A DNA stretch of 63,716 nt, counting the filler, from Reticulomyxa filosa (taxonomy: Eukaryota > Protista > Foraminifera): the NCBI GenBank assembly GCA_000512085.1. It is 14 parts of 14 records of this genome, joined end to end, with 100 filler letters (N's around TTAATTAATTAA, not from the genome) between each part and the next. Parts side by side here need not be neighbours in the genome. Positions count along the whole stretch, not along the records: positions 8,005 to 28,372 come from ASPP01011113.1; positions 28,473 to 34,677 come from ASPP01003976.1; positions 34,778 to 36,135 come from ASPP01039799.1; positions 36,236 to 40,168 come from ASPP01011866.1; positions 40,269 to 42,823 come from ASPP01025026.1; 9 more parts are not named here. One strand, written 5' to 3'. The notes beneath the pieces are model-generated. The model was not told the origin of the DNA, ran no database searches, and saw nothing but the letters and a program-made list of their open reading frames with translations. Shown here piece by piece: positions 26,052-40,695 of the stretch (the first letter of the stretch is position 1; each line of letters opens with the position of its first letter). The position numbers and the translations under genes were made by a program.

Positions 26052-28372
26052 GCCAAATGGATATTTCATTCAGGCTTTGTTGTAATAACACTAGTTGGTC
26101 GCTCATTTACATCACTTGTAAATATTGATGTCTACAATGCCACGTCATCAGCAAACATGCCACACTGAATAGGCTGATGAATCACTGTCGATAGGTCATT
26201 AATATACAATATGAACAATATTAGGGATAAAGCAGATCCTTGAGGGACTCCAGTATTGAATTCAATCCATTCTGAATGAACTCCATTCAATATAACCCTC
26301 CCAAGTCGATCTGATAAATTTCTCCAAACACTGTCATATGCTGCAGAGATGTCCAACAACACTGCATAAGTAACTGAATCGCAATCGAATGACTTGTGGA
26401 TTGTCTCAGTCACTAAAACCGAAGGCAAGACCCTGAAGGCCTGGAGCCCCGAAAAACCAGGAAACCAAAGAAAAGCTCCGAAGGCCGAAAACCAAAGAAA
26501 AAGACAACAGAAGGAATGGAAACTTGCAATAGTTTTGTTCAATTTTGTAAGTGGATAGTGTTGAATTTTATCTATTTTAATTTGATTGAAATTTACCTCC
26601 GAAGCATACGACGTCACCACTTACTGAAGTCTCGTAGAGTCTGAGCGTAGTCCCTTGGATTCCCTCTGAGCTGTACAGAGGTGAGGCAATAAGTTGTGTG
26701 ATCACAAAAGTTTTGGAGTTTAAAATGATGCACTTCAAAACAAATTTAAATTAAAATTATTGCTTAAATGTTGAAGCTTGAATGTTATTTGTTGGTTACT
26801 TTTTGTAACGTATTGTATTATTTAGTACTTATTCATGTTTGAGTGAGGTGCTTGTTTACAATATTTTCATATACCAATTCAACAAATTACATTCTTTCAC
26901 GCTAAAAAAAAAGGCACAATATTTGCCTTTTTCCATTCAATTGGCATATATCCCATTCGGAAACTCCATCTAAATAGGAATACCACGAATCAATCATTGC
27001 ATTGCCACCATTCTTGAGAATTTGATTGTGGATGTTATCAGGACCTTGTGTTTATATGGAGACAAATGTCTCAGTGACTCAATAACCTCCTTTGTAATGT
27101 CACTTTGATGGATATCAAATGACCAAATACAACTTTCATCCAACCCCAATGGCTTGGATATCGCCACTTTGAATATAATATCTTTTTTTACAATCTCATA
27201 ATGCTGCTGATGTTTTTTAAATACAATTTCCGTTGCAGCTGCTTGGTGAACACCACGTGGTTTTGATATTGAACGTGCACATCCAAATCAACATTAAACG
27301 TTCTCCAATTACTAGCAAATGGAAGAATAAATGATGAACATAATGTGATATCAATACTTGATGTGGCAATGTATTGATAATATGCAATCCGTTGGATGTA
27401 ATGAAATCGAGAATACAATCACCCACATCATCAGTATTCTGGTCCAACCATGCAGGATGATGTGCATTCCAATCGCCAATGATAATGTGTTCAGTTATTT
27501 TCTGAGCTGCAGATTTCGATAGAAATTGCAGAATAAGAGATTTCCACCCAACACGACTCATAACCAAATACATTAAATGTATCAGGCATGTTATTGAATG
27601 ATCGTAATGTGGAATGCAAATCTCTTCGACATAACACTCCTGTTTCACTCCAGTGATGAACGTAAAGATACTGGAAATTATAATCGATGTCTAAATCCTT
27701 CTTGCAATAAACAGATATGGGGCTGCTTATAATGTAATATTTGGGACTTGGAATAGAATCCGTTGATATTATTTTGAATCCATTTCCTTATTGGTGGGCC
27801 ATTATTATTTTCATTTCCATTTGGTCTTTGGCAGCATCAGTATAAGAGTAATTCTTGGCTTGTTGCTGCACATTTGATTTAATAGGAACGGTTTGAGATG
27901 CTTTTTTCTTCAGGAATGTATCTTCCTCGTTAATTTAATACCAAGTTTTTCTCTTGCCTTGCGAATCACTTCACACTGCACAGAATTACTTGGATGTTGC
28001 CCACTACATAACACACATTTGTGTTTGGTTCCACTTTCACCATTGAATATCCAATCTGAATGTCATTATCTTTCAATATCTTAATGCATCTTCAGTCTTG
28101 GATAACATCACTTTAACAATTGGTCTTGTATTTGATATCCATAATCTTCCAATGTTTCTTTATCGCTTTCGTAGATTGATACACACTGATGTTGCTGATC
28201 GAAGTTCTTTGGATCTAATTGGAGTTATGACTATCGTTGGAACGTTGGAGCAAAGAAATTATCGTCGAGTTTTCATATTCTTTTCCAAATATCCTCGAAT
28301 GTAATATCATCAACTTTCTTTTCGTCGCTGTGTTGCGAATTTGAATGCTTTGCCTTTTTCACTTCTTCATTT
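26048..28372 (-). mobile_element. Decayed LINE (subfamily X) 5' half: ORF1 Cys/His knuckle, APE endonuclease and RT core; interrupted by a ~0.5-kb insert at ~26413-26905
   Basis: RT: LLDISAAYDSVW, GVPQGSALS, FADDVAL. APE: IIIGDWNAHHPAW...LHIIN. ORF1: KCVLCSGQHPSNSVQC. Confidence 0.9.
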
Positions 28373-28472
28373 NNNNNNNNNNNNNNNNNNNNNNNNNNNN
28401 NNNNNNNNNNNNNNNNTTAATTAATTAANNNNNNNNNNNNNNNNNNNNNNNNNNNNNNNNNNNNNNNNNNNN

Positions 28473-29186
28473 TATATGTATATATATGTATATATTCATA
28501 CATATTCGTGTATATATGTATGAATGCACAGAATTGTGTTGGATTGTAGAGAGACGTAACAATGAGGAATCACAGCCGCCCAACTGGATGGCATGCTGCA
28601 TCAAGTATTTGTTTCGACGAAATTGCGATGTGGTGACATCGTTCCCTTGCAATCCCCATATTTCGTTCATTGTGTCTGCAAATGGAATTAGACTGTCCAT
28701 CAATGGACACACTGCGACCACTTGATAGTGCTGTGATTGCAGATGAGAGGATATCTTATGTGGACCATATTCATGGCACTGCGCTGTGGCTAGAGATTTA
28801 AAGTGAAGCGTGTTTTTGTTTGCAATGATGTTTGACTTTTCGTCTTCGTCAATGTTTATTGTCTTTGCTCGATTGATAAGATCCAATTGTGTTGAACTGC
28901 CCTGATGCAACCATTTAATCTCCTTCCCGATGTTACCATGTCTTTGATTACTTTTGTTATATTTCAAGAATTCATTTGCCAAATATTTATGTTTTTTCTT
29001 GCTCCCTCCTAAAAATAATGCGACTCTCTTCCGCGTACTAAAGTCTGGCTGCTTTGTTGAGCCACTTTTCAAGCCTTGTGACTGTCGTGTTGTTTCGGTA
29101 CTTGACTCACTACGACTAAACGAAAAAAGCCCATCCCAAAAATTTTGCCTGGGTGAAGTTGAGGAAGGGTCTGGTGCCTTGGACAT
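28473..29186 (-). CDS. ATP-grasp superfamily ligase (L-amino-acid ligase/carnosine-synthase-like), first exon only; cut by contig end
   Basis: VVAVCPLMDSLIPFADTMNEIWGLQGNDVTTSQFRRNKYLMQHAI matches the pre-ATP-grasp pattern 'LGLPGN....S..RRDKYLM'. The microsatellite that follows marks an intron. Confidence 0.65.
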
Positions 29187-29570
29187 AAGAAGAAAGAAAT
29201 GGAAAGGAGAAGAACAGTTCTGTTGTTTACAGACTCACTTGTTAGTTGAACGTTTGGTCTGAGCTTCAAAACGCAAAAAACCTTACACATTTGATGATCT
29301 CTTGTTCCACATTATACAAATTCTTTGGAATACTACAATAATACAAATTCATATCTCCAAGAGCTGAATTTCTGCAAAACGTACCAGCCGTTATTAGTTG
29401 TTGGACCACATACTAATGCTTCTGAATTTATCTCACTTGCCCTAGATCTGATATTGTACATCGTACTATAAACCTATGTATTTGCTATATTACTGTGCAC
29501 CTTGAAAAGAATAAAACATTTTTACGAACAAAGTTGACTCCCTTTGCCTCAACAACGAAAAAATTGATCC

Positions 29571-31352
<1,782 letters not shown>

Positions 31353-31857
31353 TTTTTTTTACTGCGTGCGTATACGTTCAAAAATTTAGCTTGCGAAGAA
31401 GGTATAAACAAGGTTTCTCAACCGACTTTAGATAATTTGCAAAATTGTACAATTTTATTCTTTTTTGTCAGTTGTCTTTTAACACCAAAAGTGATATATA
31501 CTTGTCAAAACAAAAAAACCCCACACATTCTAAATTTGAAATTTGGACACAAGAGCTTGAAAGAGATATCCATGTGTTCTTTAACCTAGTTGTTTCTAAC
31601 ATCACTTGATAATTAAATTGAATAAAATGAATGTTTCTTTAACGCAGTGCATTTTTCAGTTTTTTTCAAAGGTACTAAAAGAACTTAAGATATTTGCAAA
31701 GCATGTGATAAACCATGGCTTTGAATTAAATTGAAATTGTATTTTTCTTTCAATAGTACTTTTTGTGAGAAAACGTCCCGAAGAAAGAGCCAAGAACAGG
31801 AACAAAATTACTGTGAACTTCTTTTGCTTTATTCCAGGAATATTGTTTGTTGATCAG

Positions 31858-34677
31858 ATGAGCCAAGGAAATCAATTACAACAATTAGTGGTACTTCTCG
31901 AGCAATTGGTATCAGGAAAGGATATCAATCAGGCACAGAGCAAGATCCAGCAGTTTGAAACTCAAACAGGTAAGAAAAAAGGGTGGGTTTGTGCACATGG
32001 AGAGAAAGCACAGACTCAGGAAAAATGAAACAAAAATGAAGGCTTTGCAATGGCATTGCTGCAAGTATTTTGCAATGCGTCGATACAGTCAGTCGTCCGA
32101 CAAGTTTGCTTTACAAAAAAAACCACGTTGTTTGGATCAGCAGAAAAGCAAATATAAAGACAAAACATAAACACGGATAAACGTACAGCAAGCAGGGATT
32201 GTGTTAAAAAATGTAATAAATAACCATTGGGATAAAACCGACTCACGATTTCGTGAGCCATTGTTGGAAAAAAATGAAAAGCAAGGTATCAAAGAAAAAA
32301 TTGTAAATCCAGATTTATTGGGAAGCAGTGATTCAAAAATTCGAAATACAACGGCATTAATCTCACACGAACAACTTCCATATTTACTTTGAATACAATT
32401 TATTCATTTCTTTTGTATTGTACAAACATACACACACACAATACAAAAAATGAAAAAAAAAGGGATTGATAATAAGTCTGCTGGCAGACTACGATTACCC
32501 AGAACGTTGGGACAGTGTATTGGAGCAACTTTTGTCATTGTTGAAGAAATCATTGACCACAAGGAATCTGTCTCTACTGCGTGGGACAATGCAATGTCTA
32601 TCACTGTTTAGTGAGCATGTGGATGCCATCACTCTGCCCGCGGTGTTGCCAGGTTTGTTTCCAGTGCTTTTGCAATTAGTCAATCACAAAGTTAGTTTTG
32701 TTTATGATCGTTGTTCCATACAAATGTGCAATGAAACAACAGTATACAAATACAATTAAAAAAAAAAAAGGGACTCCCCCCCGACGTTCGAAAGAACGGA
32801 ATGAACATATTTTTGACATTGCTAGGCACAATACTGGATATGAAAGGTACACAATCCAAACTAGTTAAAGACTTGTTGAATCCCTGTTTAAAAGATTGGA
32901 TTAACGCAATGGACGAAATCTTGGACGAAATGAATCTCGAATGGTTGGACTTTCAATGCGTCGTGGTAAAGTCGTTGCATCGACTGTGCAAAGATTACTC
33001 GCTGTCGATTACCGTGAGTCAAATGAAATCCATTTTGCCCCACTTATGGAAATTGATGAATTACACATACTTTTATTGGAAATACTGTTGCATCTTCAGT
33101 GAGATCGACATACAACAATTGTCAAGCAAATCGTGTCCGCCGTCGTTTCAATCGGATATCGCGATCATTAAAAAAAAAGCCTCGAAAGAGAGTGGAGAAG
33201 AAAAAGATAAGGACAAAGAGGGTGGAGGAGATGAAGAGGACGCGTTAGTCAACAACATGGTCCGATTGCTCGATCTTTGTTACCTATTTTTGAGTAGTTT
33301 GATTGGACACAAAAATAACAAATGGCAAAATCTGATCGAAGAGAAACTAACAGATATCATTGATCTGTGTATCCAACTCTCAATGTTGACCCATGATCAC
33401 ATTCGTTTATTTGAAGATGATCCTGAGGAATTCATTTCGGCCGAACTGGACTCTTTCAAAGCCGGTGACTTGAGATCGTCAATGAAAAATGCACTTGGCC
33501 ATTTTTTGGATGTTAATTATATCCTTTTTTAATGATATTCAAATTAAGACAATACGCACATAACAAAAATTGTTGTGATACAGTTGAAGCCAGCCAATGA
33601 TAGTGGAAAAAGTGCGTATGACAGTATTTTGGTTAGCGCACAAAGGATTCTAAAAGAATCTATCACAACCGAGGCGTCGTATGGATGGAAATTACGAGAA
33701 GCTGCAATTGGCGCATTTGAACTTTTGGCCGATGACGCGGTGGATATAAGTGAACTGGCATCCACGCAATTAAAATTTCCCATCGAAGAGTTCATACCCA
33801 ACGTATTATATAAAGATATTCAATCTCAAAATGTTCATTTGCAAAATCGTGCGTTGTGGTGTCTGTCACATTTTGTACCGCTTATGGGGGTTCAGCATCA
33901 AGTCTCATTGCTCAACTCGCCTATCGTTCATCAATGTTTCACCATCAAAAATTGTGTCATTGTACGTTTTGCTGCAACAAGGTACATACACATACACACG
34001 CATACAAACATTCCAAATTTCTTTGTTGTTTTCCAAAACAATGAAAATGTCCAGTTCAATGAATTGCAATCATTTCTTTGTTAAAAACATAAACGGGAAA
34101 GGGTGTATGAATCATTACTATTTCGAAACGAAAAACAAGGAGGACTGGAAGACGCATTATCCAAAAACATAACACAAATGATGTCATTGCTCTGTGAGCT
34201 GTTATCGAAATTGCAAACAAATACAATAAAAGCGTGTTTGCCCTGTCTTGGCTCAATGATTGCGGTCAATGAAAAACTGTCATTGCAGTGGATCGACAAG
34301 ATTGCACCTCTCTTAATCAAAGTGTGGCATCAATACAGCGAAGAAGAAACTATTACTGCATTGGTGCGGCATGTATTGCAAAGATTTTGTAAGTATGAGA
34401 TCGGTGTCGAGCTGTTGAGGAAAAATATTTTGCCAATTCTCCATAAAATGTTTCAAAAGAGTGACGAGACACCCGCAGGAGTTTTGTCCGATGCTATTGA
34501 AATGGCCACTATGTTGGCAGATCCCATTTCTTATCAAGGCGATGTCGCTGCGTTGCTCTCGCGTGCCAAATCGACAGCAATGCTACCAGATGTGTTTTAT
34601 GCCAATGTATACTTTTGTTTTTTTTGTCCTTTTATATATGTATATGTATATGTATATATATATATGTATATGTATAT
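31858..34677 (+). CDS. Importin-beta family karyopherin, importin-9/Kap114-like; multi-exon, 3'-truncated by contig end
   Basis: IBN_N-like VRQ/QAGIVLKNVINNHW; DYPERWDSVLEQLL; FEDDPEEFISAE; WKLREAA; LQNRALW. Confidence 0.82.
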
Positions 34678-34799
34678 NNNNNNNNNNNNNNNNNNNNNNN
34701 NNNNNNNNNNNNNNNNNNNNNTTAATTAATTAANNNNNNNNNNNNNNNNNNNNNNNNNNNNNNNNNNNNNNNNNNNNTTTTTTCTTGAGGTAGGTTTTT

Positions 34800-35230
34800 G
34801 TTATAACGATTGCACAAAGATTATTGATTTCGTAAAAATTCGTTCTTTTATTTGAATTTTTTTTATGAATGAGGGAGACCAACAATGAACTTGTAAATGA
34901 AATTAGAAACTGAAATTTCATTCTCCTAATAATGTGCTGTTGATTTTCCATGATTCTTCAAAATATTTGTATGCAATTTATTTTTCTCCTATTGTTGCAA
35001 ATATATCTCCTAAACATTGATAAGATTTTCTAACATCTTCGTTTGCACTTTTGAATAATTCACCCCTTATTTTCAATGACCTTTGATGACATTTAATCTC
35101 TTATAATGTAATTGTTTCTTATTATAAGTTAATCCTAACTTATTGGTACGATGAAGCAACATCTGCAACTACCAAATACATATTTATATCATCAATCCAA
35201 ATATGATTTGTTCCAAAGTATATCTTTTTG
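34800..35230 (-). pseudogene. TPR-repeat protein remnant
   Basis: Minus strand reads QCLGDIFATIGEK..AYKYFEESWKINSTLLGE*, with stops and frameshifts. Confidence 0.5.
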
Positions 35231-35303
35231 AAAACAGTTTTTTTAAAGGGCACTCAAAAAGGCTGTTTTTATAAAAAAAGTATAATTCAGCAACATAAAC
35301 AAC

Positions 35304-36135
35304 ATGGATAATAAAACTTTAACATCTAAACAAAGTCAAGATCTTATTACTTCAGCTCATTTTCAGAGTTTGAAGGATTTGTCCACTCCACTTTCTCAAG
35401 CTCAGTGTGTGTTGTACAAACACGAAATCCTCATTTGTGGTGGTCATAAGCAAAGAGATTGTTATTCTTATAATATACTCAAAGATGAGTATAAGTTTAT
35501 CTGTGATTACCCAAGTGATATTACATTATGGGGACACTGTGTAGTAAAATTAATAGATAAAAATAATAAAAATGATAATGAAATTACTTTATTATCTTTT
35601 GGTGGAAAGGATAAACATACATTAATGATGAAATATGTAAGTGTTTGGAGTAATAATAATGATAATAAAATAAATAAATCAAGTAAATCAAATAAATTAA
35701 AGAAATTAAACAAATCAAACAATTATAATCAATGGATTCCTTTTCCGTATGATCGTGATTATACAATTCGTATTGGAAGAGATAAGGATAATTATTGTGG
35801 AGTGCGTGCAGTTGTTGGTGGAAGCAATAATAATTTATTATTTATCACTTATCTTCGAAATAATATTAGTATATTTGATTTAAATACACACATATTTATT
35901 AAACATTATATTTTACCCACTAATGCCAGTATTAAATCTCATTGTCTTGTATTAAAACCAGTAAAAAAATATTAAAAAGGATAAAAATTATGAAATTATA
36001 TTATTTCGTCAAGGGATAGGATTATCAATTAAATATAATGAAAATAAAAATATTTTTCAATTTAATGAATTACCTGTTTGTAGGAATATTTCATCACTTA
36101 AACAATATGCATATGTATGTATCAATGATGTCATT
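35304..36135 (+). CDS. Kelch-like beta-propeller protein, intronless, 3'-truncated; 1-nt A-run frameshift at ~35965
   Basis: QCVLYKHEILICGG..RDCYSY; GHCVVKL..ITLLSFGG; RAVVGG. Continues in the shifted frame as YEIILF..GLSIKY..YAYVCINDVI. Confidence 0.75.
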
Positions 36136-36235
36136 NNNNNNNNNNNNNNNNNNNNNNNNNNNNNNNNNNNNNNNNNNNNTTAATTAATTAANNNNNNNNN
36201 NNNNNNNNNNNNNNNNNNNNNNNNNNNNNNNNNNN

Positions 36236-36848
36236 AAAAAAAAAGTCGTTGGTCAGTCTTTTTATGCTACGGAGACAAACACGGAAGCAACAAAAATGGT
36301 TCGCTCGTATCATTGGACACATGTAAAGAAAGTTTGGTCTGATGTTTTACATTCTGAAACAAATGTGCAATAAGTGCATCCAATTGAGTGTCTCTTTGAG
36401 TGTGTTGCCATGTTGAAACATTACCGCGGCAAACCGGACAATGCTTTCCATTCTTTGTCAGTGCATCGTCCAAACATTCCTTACAGAAGCGATGAACGCA
36501 GTCTTTGATACACATCGTGTTGTTCAAAACATCCAAACATATCGGACAACGGAGGTGCATCCGCAAAACATCTATGGACAAATGTACGATTTGGTCTTTG
36601 TCACTTCCTTGTCGTATCTTGTTGCCGCTGCTGAGAGTGGTTACATACTTTGTCTCCATCTTTGTGGAGAGCTTTTCCTTCATGTCCACATCTTTCGTCT
36701 TTGCATCTGAGTTTTGCCCAGTATCGCTTGTCCTCTTGTCAAAATTACATTGCGTTGTGTTGGCAACAGTAGTCGTCACTGCTCTCTCTTTTGCGCAAGA
36801 ATTGTCCTCACGCCCAAGTACGTGCTTCCCCTTAATGTTAGCGGACAT
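36236..36848 (-). CDS. RING1/RNF2-like C3HC4 E3 ubiquitin ligase (PRC1 catalytic subunit-like), first exon; truncated
   Basis: LRCPICLDVLNNTMCIKDCVHRFCKECLDDALTKNGKHCPVCR...RDTQLDALI closely follows the RING1-family pattern CPICLD.L..TM..K.C.HRFC..C...AL....K.CP.CR.....D...DALI. Confidence 0.7.
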
Positions 36849-38377
36849 TTTGCCTTATTGGGTCAATATTTTACATTAATATACTTTAAAAAAAGAGAAC
36901 GGTAGTTATGATAGAGAGGGGGAATTTAAAACACTTCGCTCCTTTTGGAAAAACATAATATACTTTTTTTGTTCGAAATGCAAAAAAAAAAGAACATTAG
37001 TTTATACTTTTTGGCGTTTTTTCTGCTTAAATTTCAAATACACTCAAAAACGTTTAATAAAAGAAACAGAGTTGGAATATTATACATATAAGAACTGATC
37101 AAATTGTTTGAAACGGAACTAAATCAGAATATGCGTGTTTTACCTTCAAACACATTTTTATGATTGAAAGTTATCTTTTGTAATGGTTAGTCATAACCAT
37201 GACAAAGCAATTCGATTATGGGGTGTGAAATTAGAATGTCATCACAATTAATAGTGATGAATTTCACTAGTTGAAATGATCTTGATAAATGGACCTACAG
37301 AATTACCCAAAAGCTAAATAAGAAACGCTTGTGTGGAATGTCTGCTGAAGAGAACTGCGCAAAGTGTAATACGAAAGGTTAATTAGCTCTCCTGAGTAAA
37401 ATTTCAATAAAATGAAATTTGTTAAATAACGAGAAAATAATGATCTAAAACAAACAAGCAAAAGTAAGAAGGACAAAAGACTGAGGAGTGACTTAAGTGT
37501 TAACCAGAATAAAGGGAGTTCTGATGTTCACTTGGATTTCTGATAATGGTTAGTACTGCGTGTACTACACTTGCGTTTACAACGACATTCGTGGATAGAA
37601 ACTCTTTGGAAACAAGCATTTTATTTGTAACAAAAAGCTCGAATAAACTGTCACAAAAATTTACTCTACTTTTTAGTTCACTTTTGCGATTGAAGTAATA
37701 GGTTTAAATAGTCCATGTAAATCATCTAAGCAAAATCTTGCAAAAAAATGGCAATTGCATGAACTCGAAAAGTATTGAATGGCTTAACATCTATTTTTTG
37801 GAATGCACTTGCTCTAATTCGGAGATTAAGTTCACAAGGAAATACTACGAACGCCGAAACTAATAATATAAGAGAATGATCCTTGCCAAAGAGAACTAAA
37901 TTTTCATAATTGTTAATCGTCTCTTGGAGTGTACAGAAAGGCCAAACACTGAGGGGTAATGCTCTAAAAATTCTTTGCATATTTCTCCGATCAACTTGTT
38001 TCTCGTTTTCCGTTTTGTTTTTCCTTTGTTTGTTTTACTATTCAGTTATTGAAATTTGTCAAAGAGGCAGTTATCCAAGTTTTTTTGTGCGTAGTTTGGA
38101 AAGCCACTGAATCGTTCACTTTTTTTTTACCATAAAAGAGCAATATATGCAGAATGTGAAACATTTGTTGAAACAAAACATGAAATGCAATACCCTATGT
38201 TTTAGAAAGGGAAAAATAAATGCAATATATGGCTGTCAACTTTGATCAGTTGACTTTCTCATCCTTAGCATCTTTTTTAAAAAGAATTTGCTGTTTTGTT
38301 GAATGGCTAATATTTATCAATCGAAAAAATGTGCGTTATAAAATTTTCTGAAGTGTATTTGACTCAAAACAATAGTT

Positions 38378-39457
38378 TCAAGAACGGCAAGGCCCAGATT
38401 TTGTTAGAGGTGTGAAAGTGGCAACAACCACTTCACCGTTATTGGACGGTATTTTCATAGCAAAGTATTGAGCAAAACCTTTCAGCTGTCGATTGGAATT
38501 GTCTCGAAGCAAAGTTTTGCCAGTACGAACATCACACGTAACAGGCTGGGACTGAATTTCATTTGCCAACTCAGTTGTGGCTGTCCTTTTGCTAAACATA
38601 TTTAAAGGCTTTTGGACATTGATATCTCTATTTTTTATCGCACTGTATTTGTCAATTTTATAGTGGTACCATTCTTCATTTTCCTTCACTTTTGCAATCT
38701 TATTTGATCGCGGACGATTTATAGCACAAACATATCCACCACCTAACAAAATCAGTACCAATACTGACAATGGCATTGTGTTCAGCCGAGTTGTCTTATT
38801 CTCTGGACCAATTTTTTTCTTTTTTTTTTTTTTTTTTTTTTGCAAAGCAAAGACAAAAGCAAAACCAAAAAAATTATAAATATTTTTTTTGGTCAACCAA
38901 TCAAAAAATTTTTTGTTGGGTGTACCTGAGGTATAAGTGTAATACGATTGTGCAAAAACGTTTGCTGAAAATGTATGTGAGAACATCGCAAATGCGTTTG
39001 ATAAGTTAATGTTGTGTCACTGACGAAAAAACACAAGTGGGTGTTGTAGTCGAGATTATTTTCTGGAACTATTGCCACAAAAGCTTCTATTTGAACACCA
39101 TTCCAAGAACCTAATTCCTCACAAGCCCAATTGACAACGAATGTATTGCTTGCGTGTTCATTGTCAATATAAACTGTTCCAAATGCCACAGATGAGCATA
39201 AAATAGGAAGCAGAGGATTACTCGAACTAACGTCTATTCGATTTCAAATTGGAAGGACGAATGTTATGATTGTGCTCCGTTGACAAAACAAAAGTGGCAT
39301 ACGCTTTACTCAAACAAATAACGCACAAACCCAGTGAAATGCCAACAATTTTGGTGAAAGTATTATCAGTTCCTTCGCTCCCTAAAATAATAAAAATTAG
39401 ACATAAGTATGTTAACAGCATCCTAGTTCTCCAAAAGCTCCAACTTTTTCTCAACAA
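38378..39457 (-). CDS. Uncharacterised membrane protein; exon structure uncertain
   Basis: Three consecutive minus-strand ORFs with hydrophobic segments; T-rich/A-rich intron at ~38812-38925; divergent from VPS24. Confidence 0.4.
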
Positions 39458-39859
39458 ATAAACAAAAAAAAGGGACTAACAACAAACTGTTTTTAAGCTG
39501 CTCAATTAAATTTACTATACAGTAGAAGCATTTTCTGCAATTCTTGGGGATAGACAAGAAAGCACAAACATTTACCAAAAATGATAGCAAAAAGAACAGG
39601 AGGTTTTTCTTGATGCTTGTTGAAAAAAATCATTCGAATGTCAGCAGTATAATAAAATTTTTATACTACTTTAAAATAAGCACAACAAGACAGTTTGGGG
39701 ATAAAAATAACGCATTTTAGAAATAGTAAAAGAAAAACAACTTATTTATTAAAAAAATGAAAAAAAATGATATGTAATGTTTCCAAGTGAACGAAAACCT
39801 AGAAATTTTTGGTGTTTGGATCGAAATTTTTAAATACTTAATATCATCATCTACATAAA

Positions 39860-40168
39860 ATGGCCTTTAATGGCTTATTTGGGAAGCAAAAGACTCCAGA
39901 AGAGCTGAGCAAAGAATGGATCAAAGAGCTCAAATCACAACAAAGACAAATCCAACAGCAAATTCGCAAAGCAGACCGTGAAAATCAAAAGCTGAAAGCG
40001 GAAATGAAAGCGGAGGCGAAACGAGCACAAGGCGACCCTCAGTTGATGAAAGCCGTCAAAATAATGGCCAAGGGTGTAGTTCAATCTAATAAAAACATTG
40101 CCAGGATGTATAGCACGAAGACACAAATTAATTCTGTCATTTTAGGAGTTTGGTAGTTTTTTTTTTTT
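39860..40168 (+). CDS. VPS24: ESCRT-III subunit VPS24/CHMP3, first exon; truncated
   Basis: LFGKQKTPEELSKEWIKELKSQQRQIQQQIR...EAKR...KIMAKGVVQSNKNIARMYSTKTQINSV (Snf7 family; the EW motif favours CHMP3). Confidence 0.8.
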
Positions 40169-40695
40169 NNNNNNNNNNNNNNNNNNNNNNNNNNNNNNNN
40201 NNNNNNNNNNNNTTAATTAATTAANNNNNNNNNNNNNNNNNNNNNNNNNNNNNNNNNNNNNNNNNNNNATTAAAACCAAGGAAAACAAAACCAAAAGTAA
40301 AAAAAATATTTAATATCAAAGTATGAAAGAAAAATATAACACAAAAACAATAACCAAAAACAATAACCAAAAACAATAACCAAAAACATATTAATATTTC
40401 TTTCTCAAATTGTGGAATACCAACGGATTTTGATCCAACTTGCTGCATTCGCAAAAACTTTAATATGTGCTGAATGAAGATTGTAGAAAATGAAATATAA
40501 TTCAAACAAACAATGAAACAAACATCAAATTTACTTCGGTTAAAAAAAATCATTCCATAAATTTTTTTTTTATAGTAATTGGATTTTGTGTGACTGTAGT
40601 GTTGTTTTTGGCAACGTCTTTTGTTGTATAGTCGTCTGTTCTGCATCTTTGTGAGAGGTAGAAGTGATTTTAAAATTTTACCGCGTATATTGACA

